DNA from: Solirubrobacterales bacterium
GTDB lineage: Bacteria; Actinomycetota; Thermoleophilia; Solirubrobacterales; 70-9
Direction: 5' to 3'
Length of the DNA: 64,000 nt
Assembly (NCBI GenBank): GCA_036524775.1
Contig: DATDBO010000040.1
Location: 2,085 to 66,084, forward strand
Part shown: positions 27,839 through 36,853 of the stretch, piece after piece
How the letters are laid out: the number at the start of each line of letters is the position of its first letter
How positions within the stretch are numbered: position 1 is the first letter of the stretch
Made by a program: the position numbers and the translations under genes
Notes under the pieces: generated by a model
The model's database searches: none
Told to the model about the DNA's origin: nothing
Seen by the model: the letters and a program-made list of their open reading frames with translations, nothing else

Positions 27839-30800
27839 CGCTGAAACCTCCGCTCGTGGTTTGGTCCTCGTGCCCGCTGGCGCTTTGCGCGTTTGCCCTT
27901 CCTCGCCACGCAGCGCCCCCGGCGGCGCACTTTGCCTTTGGCGCAGCGGCGGATGGTTGGAGTGGCCTTGACGTTGCCGTCCCCCTCGAACGCCGCCGAG
28001 GCGGGGGTCGCGTCCTCGGGCGCCCTGGGGGCGCCCTGGCAGGCTTCGCCTTCGCAGGCAGCCGGTGGGCTCGGGGGCGGCGGGAAGCCGCCCTCCACGC
28101 GTGCGTCATAGACGTCGATCAGGCCGTAGTCCTGGGGGACGAGGTCCTCGAGGGTGGTGAAGAAGGCGTCCTCTCCCTCGGTGCTTGCGTCGAGGAAGGT
28201 CGAGTCGACGGGACTCTGGCCGGAGGAGATCAGGCGCAGGCATCCTTCTGAGGAATCGAGGTAGGCGGCGCTTTTGGTGGTGCAGTCGCCGCTCCCGGGT
28301 GCCTCCCACTGGTAGACGTCCTGCTTGCCGTTGGTGTCGCCGAGGACAAGGGCCTCGAAGCTGTTGAAGAAGACGCGCTCGCCGCTGTCGGAGAGGTAGC
28401 GCGGCTGGTGCAGCTGGGACTGGTAGCGGGGGACCGAGGCGGCGCCCCAGTACTCCATCTCACCGTCGATCCCGTTTTCCAGCTCCTGCCCCGCCGGCCG
28501 GGCCCCGCTCGGGTTGCATGAGACGCAGCGGAGCTTTCCGGCGCCGCCTTCTGCCTCTGCGTCATAGCGGTAGACCTCGGCGTCGCAGATGCCGCCCTCC
28601 TCGCCGCAGGGGACGGGGCTGGCGGCGTCGGTGTTGTCATAGCCCGCCACCCGCTCTGCCAGCTCGGGGCTGTTCGACATGAAGGCGAGCGCCTCGCCGC
28701 CGGGGCTGACCCGGGCGGTGCGGAAGATCGGCCCGGTTGAGATCGGCGTGCCGTAGGGGTTGTTCACGTCGGCGGCGCCCCCCGGAGAGCTCGTCAGCGT
28801 CGCGACGAAGCGCGTCTCCCCGTTCTCGGTGAGGTAGACATTGGGCTTGCCCGCCTCGGCCCCTTCGCTTAAGGCCTGCGCCGAGGCTTTGGTCGAGGCG
28901 TAGTAGACGCGCGAGAGGTCCTCGCTGGCGCCGAGGATGCTCTCCACCACCCCTTCGGCGATCAGCTCTGAGGAGGGGGGCTGCGCTTTTGCGTCGAAGC
29001 GGTAGAGGTTGCCCGCCAGCGGGCCCTCCCCCACGATCGTGAAGAGCGCCCCGGTGCCCTGCGGGTCGCCGAGCTGAAAGCGGGCGGGAGCGGAGCTTAC
29101 GGTTTCTGAGACGGCGATCGTGCAGGCCCGGGTCGGCTGTTTGCATTTGCCTTCGGGGTTGAACGTGCTCTGCTCCTGGTCGGCGTTGATCCGCAGATAG
29201 AGCGGGCCCACGTTGCCGGCAGTGCTGCGGCTCCAGAAGACCCGCTTGCCGTCTTCTGAAACCGCGTTCAGGAGGCTGCCGAAGCGGTTGAGGTTGGAGT
29301 AGGCGGCGGCGTTGGTGTCGCCAGGGGTGCCCGCCGAGGAGTCTTTGTCGGCGGCCGTGCCGTCGGGCAGGACGCTCAGCAGGCGCAGCTGGCCAGTCTC
29401 GCTCGCAAGATAGAGCTGGTAGATCGGCCGTGGGAAGGGGTTGACGGTGGTCGCAGCGGAGGCATCGGGGGTGAGCGCCTCGTCGGCGCGGAAGACCGAG
29501 AGGCTGCCGTCAGCCGAGAAGCTCTGCACTTCGGGCAGGTATTGGAGGGGGTCTGCGACGTGCTCGATCGGCGCGCAGCTGAGCGCGCTGAAGTCATCGC
29601 TCGAGTTGTCGCGGCGATAGAGGTTGCGGAAGCCGATCGGGGCGCAGGGGTCGGGCGGGGATTCGCCCGCCGCGGTGAACCAGGAAAGCCAGCTGACCGA
29701 GAGGTCGTCGGTGAAGGCCTTGAAGGGGTTCTCGAGGAACTCGGCGCCCTTGCCCTGGGGGGAGAGCGACTCGCTTTGCCAGCCCTCTTCGGGGTTGCCC
29801 AGCTCGTTGCGGGTCGCCAGGTACTGGTTGACGTAGGGGGCCGACTCTGGGTCGGCAAAGGAACGGTAGGAGGAGTAGGTGAACGCCTGCCCGTCGCTTG
29901 AGCTCTGGTCGAGGAAGGTCGGGAGGTTGAACTGGTTCAGCAAGGTGAGGACGTCGCCGTTGTTTTTGTCGAGCGGGGAGACCAGCTCGTAGGCGCGGCA
30001 GTCAGGCAGCGCTGCCCCGGCGCCGGTGCGGAAGGCCTGGTTGGGGCATTCGGTATCGCCTGCCGACGGTGGGGCGAAGGTGGTGAAGCTGTGCTCGCCG
30101 GAGACGACCTGGGGGTGGAAGGGGTTGTCGGCGATCACCCGGTAGTGGTAGGTGGTGGCGGGCTCGAGGCCGAGCAGCTGGGTCGAGCGGGGGATCGTCT
30201 CCTCGCCCGCTCCGAGGTCGATCGTGGGGCCGTCTTTGGCGTTCAGGAAGCCGTTCGCCTGATAGTCGGGGCCTTCCTCGATGAACTGGAAGCGGGCGGT
30301 TGCGCCCACGCCCAGGGGGTTTGCTTCGACGTGCAGGCGGGCCGAGTCGGTGCCGATCTCAGTCGAGAAGATCTGGCCCAAGAGGACTGGGGGCAGGGTG
30401 GTGAATTCCTCTTTCTCGCCGGTGACGGCGCCGTCGGCGTTCTCGGCGATCGGGCGGAAGTAGTAGGTCGTTTCGGGCTCGAGGCAGGTCTCTTCGCTGG
30501 CGACGACGCAGACGTTGGTCCCCTCGACCGTGTGGATGTCGAAGTCGCCTGGCGTGTCGGGGCTGTTGGGCGTAACCTCGGAGATCGGCTCGAATTTGTT
30601 TTCGTTTGCCTCATAGCTCTCTTTGTCGATGTATTCGAAGCGGGCGTGGGAGGCTTTGCCCTGAGCGTTGAAGGCGACCCTCAGCGTCGCCTTGACGCTG
30701 CCCACCGGGGAGGCTTCCGCCGTGCCAGGTACGAGAAGGGGGCCCGGTGGGGGCTGGGTGATGCGGATGAGGTCGCTGCCGTCGGTGGCAAGCAGGTCGC

Positions 30801-31848
30801 CTGAGGCGTCCTGGTAGAAGGCGAGGCCGTCGACGAAAGATTTCAGCGGCGGGAAGAAGAGCTTGGTCTGGGCCCCAGCTGAGTTGTACTCGTGGAGCAC
30901 ATAGCGGCTTTTTTCTTCGACACCGAGGAAGAGGTCGTTGCTGGGCTCGAGGGCGACGGCGGTGATGTTGCCGGGAATCCTGCCCCCCTCCGCCCAACTC
31001 GTGACCAGAGTGCCGGCTGGGTCGTACTTGCGCACGCCGCTTTCCAGGTCTGAGCGATCGGTTGCAACGTAGAAGTGGCCGGCCGGGTCGACGGCGAGGC
31101 TCTGAACCCGCCCGACCGTCTCCGGCAGCAGCATCTGCGGGCCGAGCTGGGTTCCGTCGGGTTTGAGCTTCTGGATCCTGGTGTTGAAGCCTTCCGACTC
31201 GGCGGCTCCGAGCCTTCTGCTGTCGGCGACGTAGAGGGTGCCGCCGGGGCCGACCGCGAGCGGTAGGCCTCCCAGCGTCGAGAAGAAGAACCCTTCCTGC
31301 GCCGCCGCGGCGCTCGTCTCTTTCCCCGCCCCGCAATTGGCGGGAACGGTGCAGCGGTTGGCTTTGGTCACCTGATCCACTTCGCCTCCAACCATCCACT
31401 CGAAGCCGCCATCGGCGTCGAACTTCTGCACGCGGTTGTTGAAGGTTTCGCTGACGTAGACCGCGTGGAAGGTGGAGTCGACCGCGACCTGCTCGGGGCG
31501 GAGGATCTGGCCTGCGCCGGATCCGGGAATGCCTTTGAAGCAGGCGAGGCTCGGCGGGGTGGCGGCGGGGCCGCAGGTCTGGGGGGCGGCGGTGCTCCCG
31601 TCGCGGACCCCCCAGCCGAAGGCGAAGAGGAACTCGCCCGAGGCTTTGAAGACGTCGATGCGGTTGTTGGCGGCGTCGGCGAGGTAGACGCGGCCGTTTG
31701 AGCTGTCGACTCCCAGCCCCCGCGGGTTCTCGTACTGCCCGGCGCCGGAGCCCTCAGAGCCGATGACGAAGTCGGCGGAAGCTGCGGGAGCGAAGGCGAA
31801 GAGCGCGAGAACCGTAAGTGCTGCGAGGAGCGGCGTGCGATGTCTCAT
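27835..31848 (-). CDS. 1337-aa secreted NHL/Fn3-like/PD40-like protein (paralogue 1)
   Basis: Same architecture and near-identical N- and C-terminal segments as 20931..25001. Tail CAKGKVRRRGRCVARKGKRAKRQR. Confidence 0.85.
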   Translation of the reverse strand: MRHRTPLLAALTVLALFAFAPAASADFVIGSEGSGAGQYENPRGLGVDSSNGRVYLADAANNRIDVFKASGEFLFAFGWGVRDGSTAAPQTCGPAATPPSLACFKGIPGSGAGQILRPEQVAVDSTFHAVYVSETFNNRVQKFDADGGFEWMVGGEVDQVTKANRCTVPANCGAGKETSAAAAQEGFFFSTLGGLPLAVGPGGTLYVADSRRLGAAESEGFNTRIQKLKPDGTQLGPQMLLPETVGRVQSLAVDPAGHFYVATDRSDLESGVRKYDPAGTLVTSWAEGGRIPGNITAVALEPSNDLFLGVEEKSRYVLHEYNSAGAQTKLFFPPLKSFVDGLAFYQDASGDLLATDGSDLIRITQPPPGPLLVPGTAEASPVGSVKATLRVAFNAQGKASHARFEYIDKESYEANENKFEPISEVTPNSPDTPGDFDIHTVEGTNVCVVASEETCLEPETTYYFRPIAENADGAVTGEKEEFTTLPPVLLGQIFSTEIGTDSARLHVEANPLGVGATARFQFIEEGPDYQANGFLNAKDGPTIDLGAGEETIPRSTQLLGLEPATTYHYRVIADNPFHPQVVSGEHSFTTFAPPSAGDTECPNQAFRTGAGAALPDCRAYELVSPLDKNNGDVLTLLNQFNLPTFLDQSSSDGQAFTYSSYRSFADPESAPYVNQYLATRNELGNPEEGWQSESLSPQGKGAEFLENPFKAFTDDLSVSWLSWFTAAGESPPDPCAPIGFRNLYRRDNSSDDFSALSCAPIEHVADPLQYLPEVQSFSADGSLSVFRADEALTPDASAATTVNPFPRPIYQLYLASETGQLRLLSVLPDGTAADKDSSAGTPGDTNAAAYSNLNRFGSLLNAVSEDGKRVFWSRSTAGNVGPLYLRINADQEQSTFNPEGKCKQPTRACTIAVSETVSSAPARFQLGDPQGTGALFTIVGEGPLAGNLYRFDAKAQPPSSELIAEGVVESILGASEDLSRVYYASTKASAQALSEGAEAGKPNVYLTENGETRFVATLTSSPGGAADVNNPYGTPISTGPIFRTARVSPGGEALAFMSNSPELAERVAGYDNTDAASPVPCGEEGGICDAEVYRYDAEAEGGAGKLRCVSCNPSGARPAGQELENGIDGEMEYWGAASVPRYQSQLHQPRYLSDSGERVFFNSFEALVLGDTNGKQDVYQWEAPGSGDCTTKSAAYLDSSEGCLRLISSGQSPVDSTFLDASTEGEDAFFTTLEDLVPQDYGLIDVYDARVEGGFPPPPSPPAACEGEACQGAPRAPEDATPASAAFEGDGNVKATPTIRRCAKGKVRRRGRCVARKGKRAKRQRARGPNHERRFQR

Positions 31849-31926
31849 CTGTGTGTTCTCCGTAGCTCCCAGATACTTCTGTGGGTGGATGTGTGCGTCA
31901 CGTTCGAGTGTGGTGTGGTGTGGTCA

Positions 31927-31959
31927 CCGACCCCGGGTGGCCAGGCCACCCGGGGTCGG
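31927..31959 (-). terminator. perfect 16-bp GC-rich inverted repeat between the collagen-like gene and paralogue 1
   Basis: CCGACCCCGGGTGGCC A GGCCACCCGGGGTCGG. No U-tract follows (CA-rich CCACACCACACCACAC instead), so it may be an attenuator or RNA-stability element rather than a classic terminator. Confidence 0.45.
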
Positions 31960-31975
31960 CTTCAGATCTCCGTCC

Positions 31976-32848
31976 CTACCCAGCGGTCGGCCTGGTGGCA
32001 GCCCAAGAGCCGCCGCCTTTTGCTTCGTTGGCGGGGACCGTGAGTTCGAAGTTCAGAGGAACCCCGCTCGAGAGGTCGGTTTCCCCGAACGCGGCGACTG
32101 GCGGCGATGCGTTGGTGAGTGACTGTTCGGAGACCCCTTCCGCTTCGTACAGGCAGAGATGGCCGGGCAGCGCTGCCGGTTCAGACGGGAAGGAGCCAGG
32201 GCACTCCGGAGGTGCGTTGACCGTGCCCTGGTCCGCCCAGGTGACGTAGTGGAGGGTCAGGCCGCCGGGAATCCGCAGCGGGTAGGAGATGCTGATCCTC
32301 GCCTTGGCGACGTTGATCGCGCTGAAGTGCCAGACCCCGGTCAAGGTCGCGCCTTCGGGAAGCACGCACTGGCCGCCGGGGCAGGTTGGCCCGGGCGCTC
32401 CCGTAGCGCCGGTGGCGCCCGTGGCGCCAGCCGGTCCCGTCCCGCCTACTTCGCCGTCGCAGACGACGTTCACGCCGCTGGCCGAGGTGAGTTCGACGCC
32501 GCCCTCTTCGCATACTTCTTCGTTTGAGGCTTCTTCGCCTGGTTCGAGGGGGTTGGTGGTGACGCCTTTGCCCGCGGCGCCCGGGGATCCGTTCGATCCG
32601 TTGGCGCCGGCGTCGCCCTTGTCACCCTTGGCTCCTGCCGACCCTGCGGGTCCCGCTGGGCCTGCTGGACCGGCCGGGCCTTTCGGGCCTTTCGGTCCCC
32701 TGGGGCCTTTTTTGGCTTTGGCCGAGGCGGTTGCCTTGCCGTCGTCTGAGCTGGAGGCGGCGTAGGCGCCTCCCAGCATTGCGAAGACCAGGGCGATCAC
32801 CGAGATCACGCCCGGGATGCCGAAGCGGTTGCGTAGTGGCGAGAGCAT
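31976..32848 (-). CDS. collagen-like (GXY repeat) protein with N-terminal signal anchor and a Cys-containing C-terminal globular domain
   Basis: MLSPLRNRFGIPGVISVIALVFAMLGGAYA, then GPRGPKGPKGPAGPAGPAGPAGSAGAKGDKGDAGANGSNGSPGAAG and GGTGPAGATGATGATGAPGP. Start at ATG 32848 with RBS AAGGAGAAG; the track ORF extension to 33043 is unsupported. Confidence 0.8.
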   Translation of the reverse strand: MLSPLRNRFGIPGVISVIALVFAMLGGAYAASSSDDGKATASAKAKKGPRGPKGPKGPAGPAGPAGPAGSAGAKGDKGDAGANGSNGSPGAAGKGVTTNPLEPGEEASNEEVCEEGGVELTSASGVNVVCDGEVGGTGPAGATGATGATGAPGPTCPGGQCVLPEGATLTGVWHFSAINVAKARISISYPLRIPGGLTLHYVTWADQGTVNAPPECPGSFPSEPAALPGHLCLYEAEGVSEQSLTNASPPVAAFGETDLSSGVPLNFELTVPANEAKGGGSWAATRPTAG

Positions 32849-32974
32849 TCGAATCTCTTCTCCTTGTCCCGTGAGCCCCTCTGCCGGCCGCTTCCCTTGG
32901 CGGCTCCCGTGGTGCTCGGTTATGTGGTCCCTGTAACTGCGTCCCTGCCCGCTCTGTGAACGGACCGTGGCGAG

Positions 32975-33003
32975 ACTGTAAACAAAGACCTTTTTAATGT
33001 CAA
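32975..33003 (-). promoter_or_regulatory. near-consensus promoter TTGACA-17-TACAGT upstream of the collagen-like gene
   Basis: Read on the minus strand in an AT-rich patch. It would give a leader of about 120 nt. Confidence 0.45.
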
Positions 33004-33153
33004 GGAGAACGTTTCTGAAAGAAAGAGAACTGTCTCCCCTCACGGGGCTTTCCGCATGAGCAAGCGAGGATGGCCGGGTACACCGCCGGTACCCAGCCTT
33101 TGGCCCAGGTCAAGCTCAGACGTGTCTGGCACGCCGAAAAGCGTGCGCGAGGA

Positions 33154-33753
33154 TCAGCCCCCGTCGGGGCGATCCGGGTACAGCTCGTCGATCGTGACGA
33201 GGGCTCGGTAGGGCGGCGCGGCGCGCCTCCCGGCATCGTCCAGGTCGTCCTCGATCGCGGCTTCGATCGCCTCACCGCCGCCGGCCAGGCGGTCGACGAC
33301 GGCGACCACGGCGACCGGATGGAGGCCCTGCTCGCGGATCCGCTCGATCGCCTTAACGGTCGAGCCGCCGCTGGTGACGGTGTCCTCGACCACGAGCACC
33401 CTGTCACCCGCCTCTACAGGGCCCTCGACCCAGCGCTGCAGGCCATGCTGCTTGCGCTCGCCGCGGACGAAGAAGCCGACCAAGTCCTCGCCGGCTGGAA
33501 CCGCGAGGGCGGCGCAGGAGAGTGGGATCGCGGCGGTCGCCGGTCCGCCGACAGCGGTCGCTCCGGCCTCCACCGCCGCCGCAGCGATCAGCTCTCCGGC
33601 GGCACGAAAACCAGTCGGCCGCAGCAGCGCCCGCCGTGCATCGACGTAGTACTGCGCCGTCGCCCCACTCGACAACGTCACCTCGCCGACGATCAGCGAG
33701 TGCTCACGCAGCTCGGCGAGCAGCGTTCGCTTGGCGGCGTCGAGGTCGCTCAT
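33154..33753 (-). CDS. pyrE: orotate phosphoribosyltransferase
   Basis: PRPP-binding loop VLVVEDTVTSGGS and typical length. Confidence 0.9.
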   Translation of the reverse strand: MSDLDAAKRTLLAELREHSLIVGEVTLSSGATAQYYVDARRALLRPTGFRAAGELIAAAAVEAGATAVGGPATAAIPLSCAALAVPAGEDLVGFFVRGERKQHGLQRWVEGPVEAGDRVLVVEDTVTSGGSTVKAIERIREQGLHPVAVVAVVDRLAGGGEAIEAAIEDDLDDAGRRAAPPYRALVTIDELYPDRPDGG

Positions 33754-33821
33754 TGCAGGAATCCTATGGCGACGGGTGTGTTGCCGGGGGAGAGTTCTCC
33801 AGCCTGGCGACTTAGATAGCC

Positions 33822-34013
33822 ATGTCGTCGATCGACGCTCTCGATCTTCCTATCCAATTCTTTGCCTTGGGGACGGCGCTGGGTATGTTTGCCGCCTTGC
33901 GCCGTCACCGGAAAACCGGCGAGGTAGATCACTGGCCCGTCTACGTGGCGACCTATGCCCTTTGGTTCTTTGGGTTTGGTTTGATTGCTTCGGGGGCTAA
34001 GGCGCTACTCTGA
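33822..34013 (+). CDS. small membrane protein
   Basis: Two hydrophobic segments. ORF only. Confidence 0.35.
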   Translation: MSSIDALDLPIQFFALGTALGMFAALRRHRKTGEVDHWPVYVATYALWFFGFGLIASGAKALL

Positions 34014-34020
34014 CAAAACC

Positions 34021-34263
34021 ATGCGACCTCATAGCGACAAGAAGATCTACAGCCTGAGGCACTTTCTCTTCTACCTTGGACTGGAGATGGCGGGCGGCGG
34101 GCTAACGGGTGTCGTGGCTGCGGCGCTTCATTGGAGCAACGGCCTGACCTTCGGGATCGGGCTGGTTGCCGCGACGATAATTGCCACCTTGGCTTTTCGC
34201 GAAGACATGTTTGAACAGCCTCAATCGAGCCCCTCGCGGAAGCCCCGGCGCCAGCTTGGGTAG
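34021..34263 (+). CDS. small membrane protein
   Basis: ATG 34021 within track ORF 33985..34263. Two hydrophobic segments. Confidence 0.35.
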   Translation: MRPHSDKKIYSLRHFLFYLGLEMAGGGLTGVVAAALHWSNGLTFGIGLVAATIIATLAFREDMFEQPQSSPSRKPRRQLG

Positions 34264-35171
34264 CGCGGCTGCCAGTTGAGCTCGCGCTTTGCCTTGGCAT
34301 TGGAGGCGCCGCGCAGGCTGACGGCCTGCTCGGCGACCGACTTGCCGGCTACGAGCCTCGCCAGCCAGAAGGGGACCTGGCGGGGCGGCTTGGCGCCGAG
34401 CGCCTCGGCGTAAACCGGTAGCCATTCGTGCAACGGCGCCGGCTCGTCGTCGACGATGTTGTAGACGCCGGGGGCGCCGTGGTCGAGGGTGGCGAGCGCC
34501 GCACCCGCCGCGTCCTCGACGTGCAAGAAGGAGAAGGTGCCGGTGCCCCCGCCGACGACCGGGAAGCGGCGGCGCTGGACTTCGCGGCCGAGGTGGCCGT
34601 CGCGGGCGAAGTAGGTGCCGGGGCCGTAGAACTGGCCGTAGCGCAGGACCAAGCCCTCGAAGTCGGTGGACTCGACCACCTCGCGCTCGTGCTCGAGCAT
34701 CACCTGCACGGCCGGGCCGAAGTGTCCCGGCGCGTCGTCGAAGGGCCGCGCCCCCTCGTTCTTGACCCAATCGCCCTCCGGCGCGTAGAGGAAGGAGATG
34801 CTCTGGGTGAGGAAGCGATGCGCGCCGGCGGCGCGGGCAGCGTCGGCGAGGTTGTGGCCACCCTCGCGCCGCACCCGGTTCGTCTCCTCGTAGAAGGACG
34901 CCTTGCGCGGGTCGTAGCGCTGGGGGAGACTCGTCAGCTGGTTGACGACGACGTCGGGCGCGGCTCCCTTCACGGCCGCCTCGACCGCTGCCGCATCGAA
35001 GGCGTCGCAGACGACCGCCTGCGCGCCTGCTGCGCGGATCTCCTCGGCGCGCTCCTCCCGCCGCGTCGTCCCGGTCACCTCGTGGCCGGCGGCGACGAGC
35101 CGGCGCACCAGCGGCCTGCCGATCGCACCGCTCGCGCCGGCGACGAAGACCTTCAGCGCCCGCTCACTCAT
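34221..35171 (-). CDS. NAD(P)-dependent epimerase/dehydratase (SDR family)
   Basis: Rossmann motif VFVAGASGAIGRPLV at the N-terminus. The 868-aa track ORF is a spurious extension. Confidence 0.85.
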   Translation of the reverse strand: MSERALKVFVAGASGAIGRPLVRRLVAAGHEVTGTTRREERAEEIRAAGAQAVVCDAFDAAAVEAAVKGAAPDVVVNQLTSLPQRYDPRKASFYEETNRVRREGGHNLADAARAAGAHRFLTQSISFLYAPEGDWVKNEGARPFDDAPGHFGPAVQVMLEHEREVVESTDFEGLVLRYGQFYGPGTYFARDGHLGREVQRRRFPVVGGGTGTFSFLHVEDAAGAALATLDHGAPGVYNIVDDEPAPLHEWLPVYAEALGAKPPRQVPFWLARLVAGKSVAEQAVSLRGASNAKAKRELNWQPRYPSWRRGFREGLD

Positions 35172-35188
35172 CGGGCACAGCCTACGGC

Positions 35189-36154
35189 TCAGAAGACGAA
35201 GATGTCTTCGCCGAACTCGATGCGGTTGTAGATCTCGGGCTGGTCGGCGATGAAGGTGCGGATGCAGCCGTGGCTGGCGGGGTAGTCGGGCACCGATTCG
35301 TAGCCGTGCACGGCGTAGCCGCCGTAGAAGTAGAAGGAGTAGTACATGCCGTGCGAGTTGTAGCCGGGTTCGGTGCGGATGAACTCGAAGTGACCGGTGA
35401 CGGTGGGGGTCGAGGACTTGCCGGAGGAGACCGGGTAGATCGCGTACGGCTTGTCGCCCTTGGCGAAGACGAGGACCTGCTTGGAGAGCGGCGCCTCGAC
35501 GTGGCGCCCGGCGCCGGGGTGGCGCACGCGGTAGCCGCCCTTGCCGGCGAAGGCGCGCTTGACGAGGCCCTTGCCGGCGCGCATGCTGCGCGTCATGTCG
35601 TTGACTTTGCGGTAGGCGAGCACGCCCCGGGCGGTCTTGCCGCCGAAGCAGCGGCCGTCGTTGGCGATGTAGCCCATCTTGCGCATCGCCTTCTTGAAGC
35701 CGATCACGGCGGGGCCACAGTCGCCTTCGTGCAAAGAGGGGAAGCTGACCTTCCAGCTCTTGCGCACAGTGCTGTCGGCGCCCAATGCCGCGGTCGCGAC
35801 GTGCTTGGCACTGACCGCGTACTTGCCCGCCTCCTCGATGCGGATCTTCGCCCGAAAGACGCCGACGCCGCCCTTGCCCTTGCTCAACCCCACCTTCTGG
35901 TGCTGGACGCGGCGGCCGTCGACGTAGAAGCTGACGTCGACCTTCTGCCCGGCGACGTAGGGCTCGACGGTGCCGATCGCCGGCACGGTGCTGTAGATCC
36001 GCGCCCTGCCGTCGTTCAGGTGACCGATGTGCGTGATCTTCACGGTCGCCTCCGGCGGCCCCTTTGGCTGCGCCGCACCAGCCGTGGCCGGAAGCATCAA
36101 CAGGGCCACGAGCGAAAGGACGAAGACAAGGCGGCGATTCATCGGCCCGCGCAT
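35189..36154 (-). CDS. L,D-transpeptidase (YkuD) with PG-binding-like domain
   Basis: Signal peptide. Catalytic SHGCIR motif near the C-terminus. Confidence 0.85.
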   Translation of the reverse strand: MRGPMNRRLVFVLSLVALLMLPATAGAAQPKGPPEATVKITHIGHLNDGRARIYSTVPAIGTVEPYVAGQKVDVSFYVDGRRVQHQKVGLSKGKGGVGVFRAKIRIEEAGKYAVSAKHVATAALGADSTVRKSWKVSFPSLHEGDCGPAVIGFKKAMRKMGYIANDGRCFGGKTARGVLAYRKVNDMTRSMRAGKGLVKRAFAGKGGYRVRHPGAGRHVEAPLSKQVLVFAKGDKPYAIYPVSSGKSSTPTVTGHFEFIRTEPGYNSHGMYYSFYFYGGYAVHGYESVPDYPASHGCIRTFIADQPEIYNRIEFGEDIFVF

Positions 36155-36178
36155 TCTTACGGATGCCCCGGCGCGAGG

Positions 36179-36853
36179 CTACTGCGCGAGCAGGGCTACT
36201 GAGTTGTTGAGGGCGTGGAGGACGATGCCGGGGACTATCGAGCCGGTCCGCTCGTAGAGCAGGCAGAGGATCACGCCGAAGGCGATCAGCGGGGGGACGG
36301 CGCCGGCGCCGGTGACGAAGTGCATCGCGCCGAAGATCGCGCCGGCGATCAGCGCGGCGGCGATCGCCGGCAGGCGGGTGCGCAGGCCGCCGAAGAGCAT
36401 GCCGCGGAAGCAGACCTCCTCGCTGATCGGCGCCGCAACGGCGATCAACAGCACCTGCAGCGGCCAGGTGCCGAACGATTCGGCGATGTCGTCCTGTTCG
36501 GGTGAGCCGAAGATGCCGACGTAGATCGCGGCAAAGGCGAGGTAGGCGATGGCCGCGACGACCATCCAACCGATCGCTTCGCCGCCGAAGCGCCGCACGC
36601 CGAGCCGCCGTAGCGCCTCGCGCAGCGAGCTCTCCCCCCAGCGGCTCGCGACCAGCAGCGGCACGACGAGGAAGCCGAGCGCCGCGCCCAGCTGGACGAC
36701 CACGTTGGCGCCGGTGCTGAGGTCCCCGCCTTCCGGCGGGTTGTCGATCAGGATCGCCGGGATACCGAGCAGGATTCCCGCGCCGAGCGCGATCAGCAGC
36801 CCGCCGATCGCCATCTGCGGGCCCCACGTCGCAGCAGGTAGTTTTGCCTCCAT
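36179..36853 (-). CDS. CPBP (CAAX) family intramembrane protease
   Basis: EEVCFRG, FGAMH and HALNN motifs. Confidence 0.8.
   Translation of the reverse strand: MEAKLPAATWGPQMAIGGLLIALGAGILLGIPAILIDNPPEGGDLSTGANVVVQLGAALGFLVVPLLVASRWGESSLREALRRLGVRRFGGEAIGWMVVAAIAYLAFAAIYVGIFGSPEQDDIAESFGTWPLQVLLIAVAAPISEEVCFRGMLFGGLRTRLPAIAAALIAGAIFGAMHFVTGAGAVPPLIAFGVILCLLYERTGSIVPGIVLHALNNSVALLAQ

Noticed and set aside
32560-32720. Short-period nucleotide repeats that might suggest a repeat array.
   Set aside because: They are the 9-nt/3-nt periodicity of the GXY collagen-like coding repeats, in frame within the CDS. There is no repeat-spacer structure, so this is not a CRISPR array.
33030-33060. Possible pyrE terminator (CCCC-GTGA-GGGG followed by a T-rich run on the minus strand).
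   Set aside because: The stem is only about 4-5 bp and lies about 100 nt after the stop. Too weak to call.
34221-36827. 868-aa ORF spanning the epimerase, L,D-transpeptidase and CPBP regions.
   Set aside because: Only the C-terminal 316 aa (from MSERALKVFVAGASGAIG) look like a real protein. The upstream part is R/P-rich and overlaps better-supported genes in other frames.
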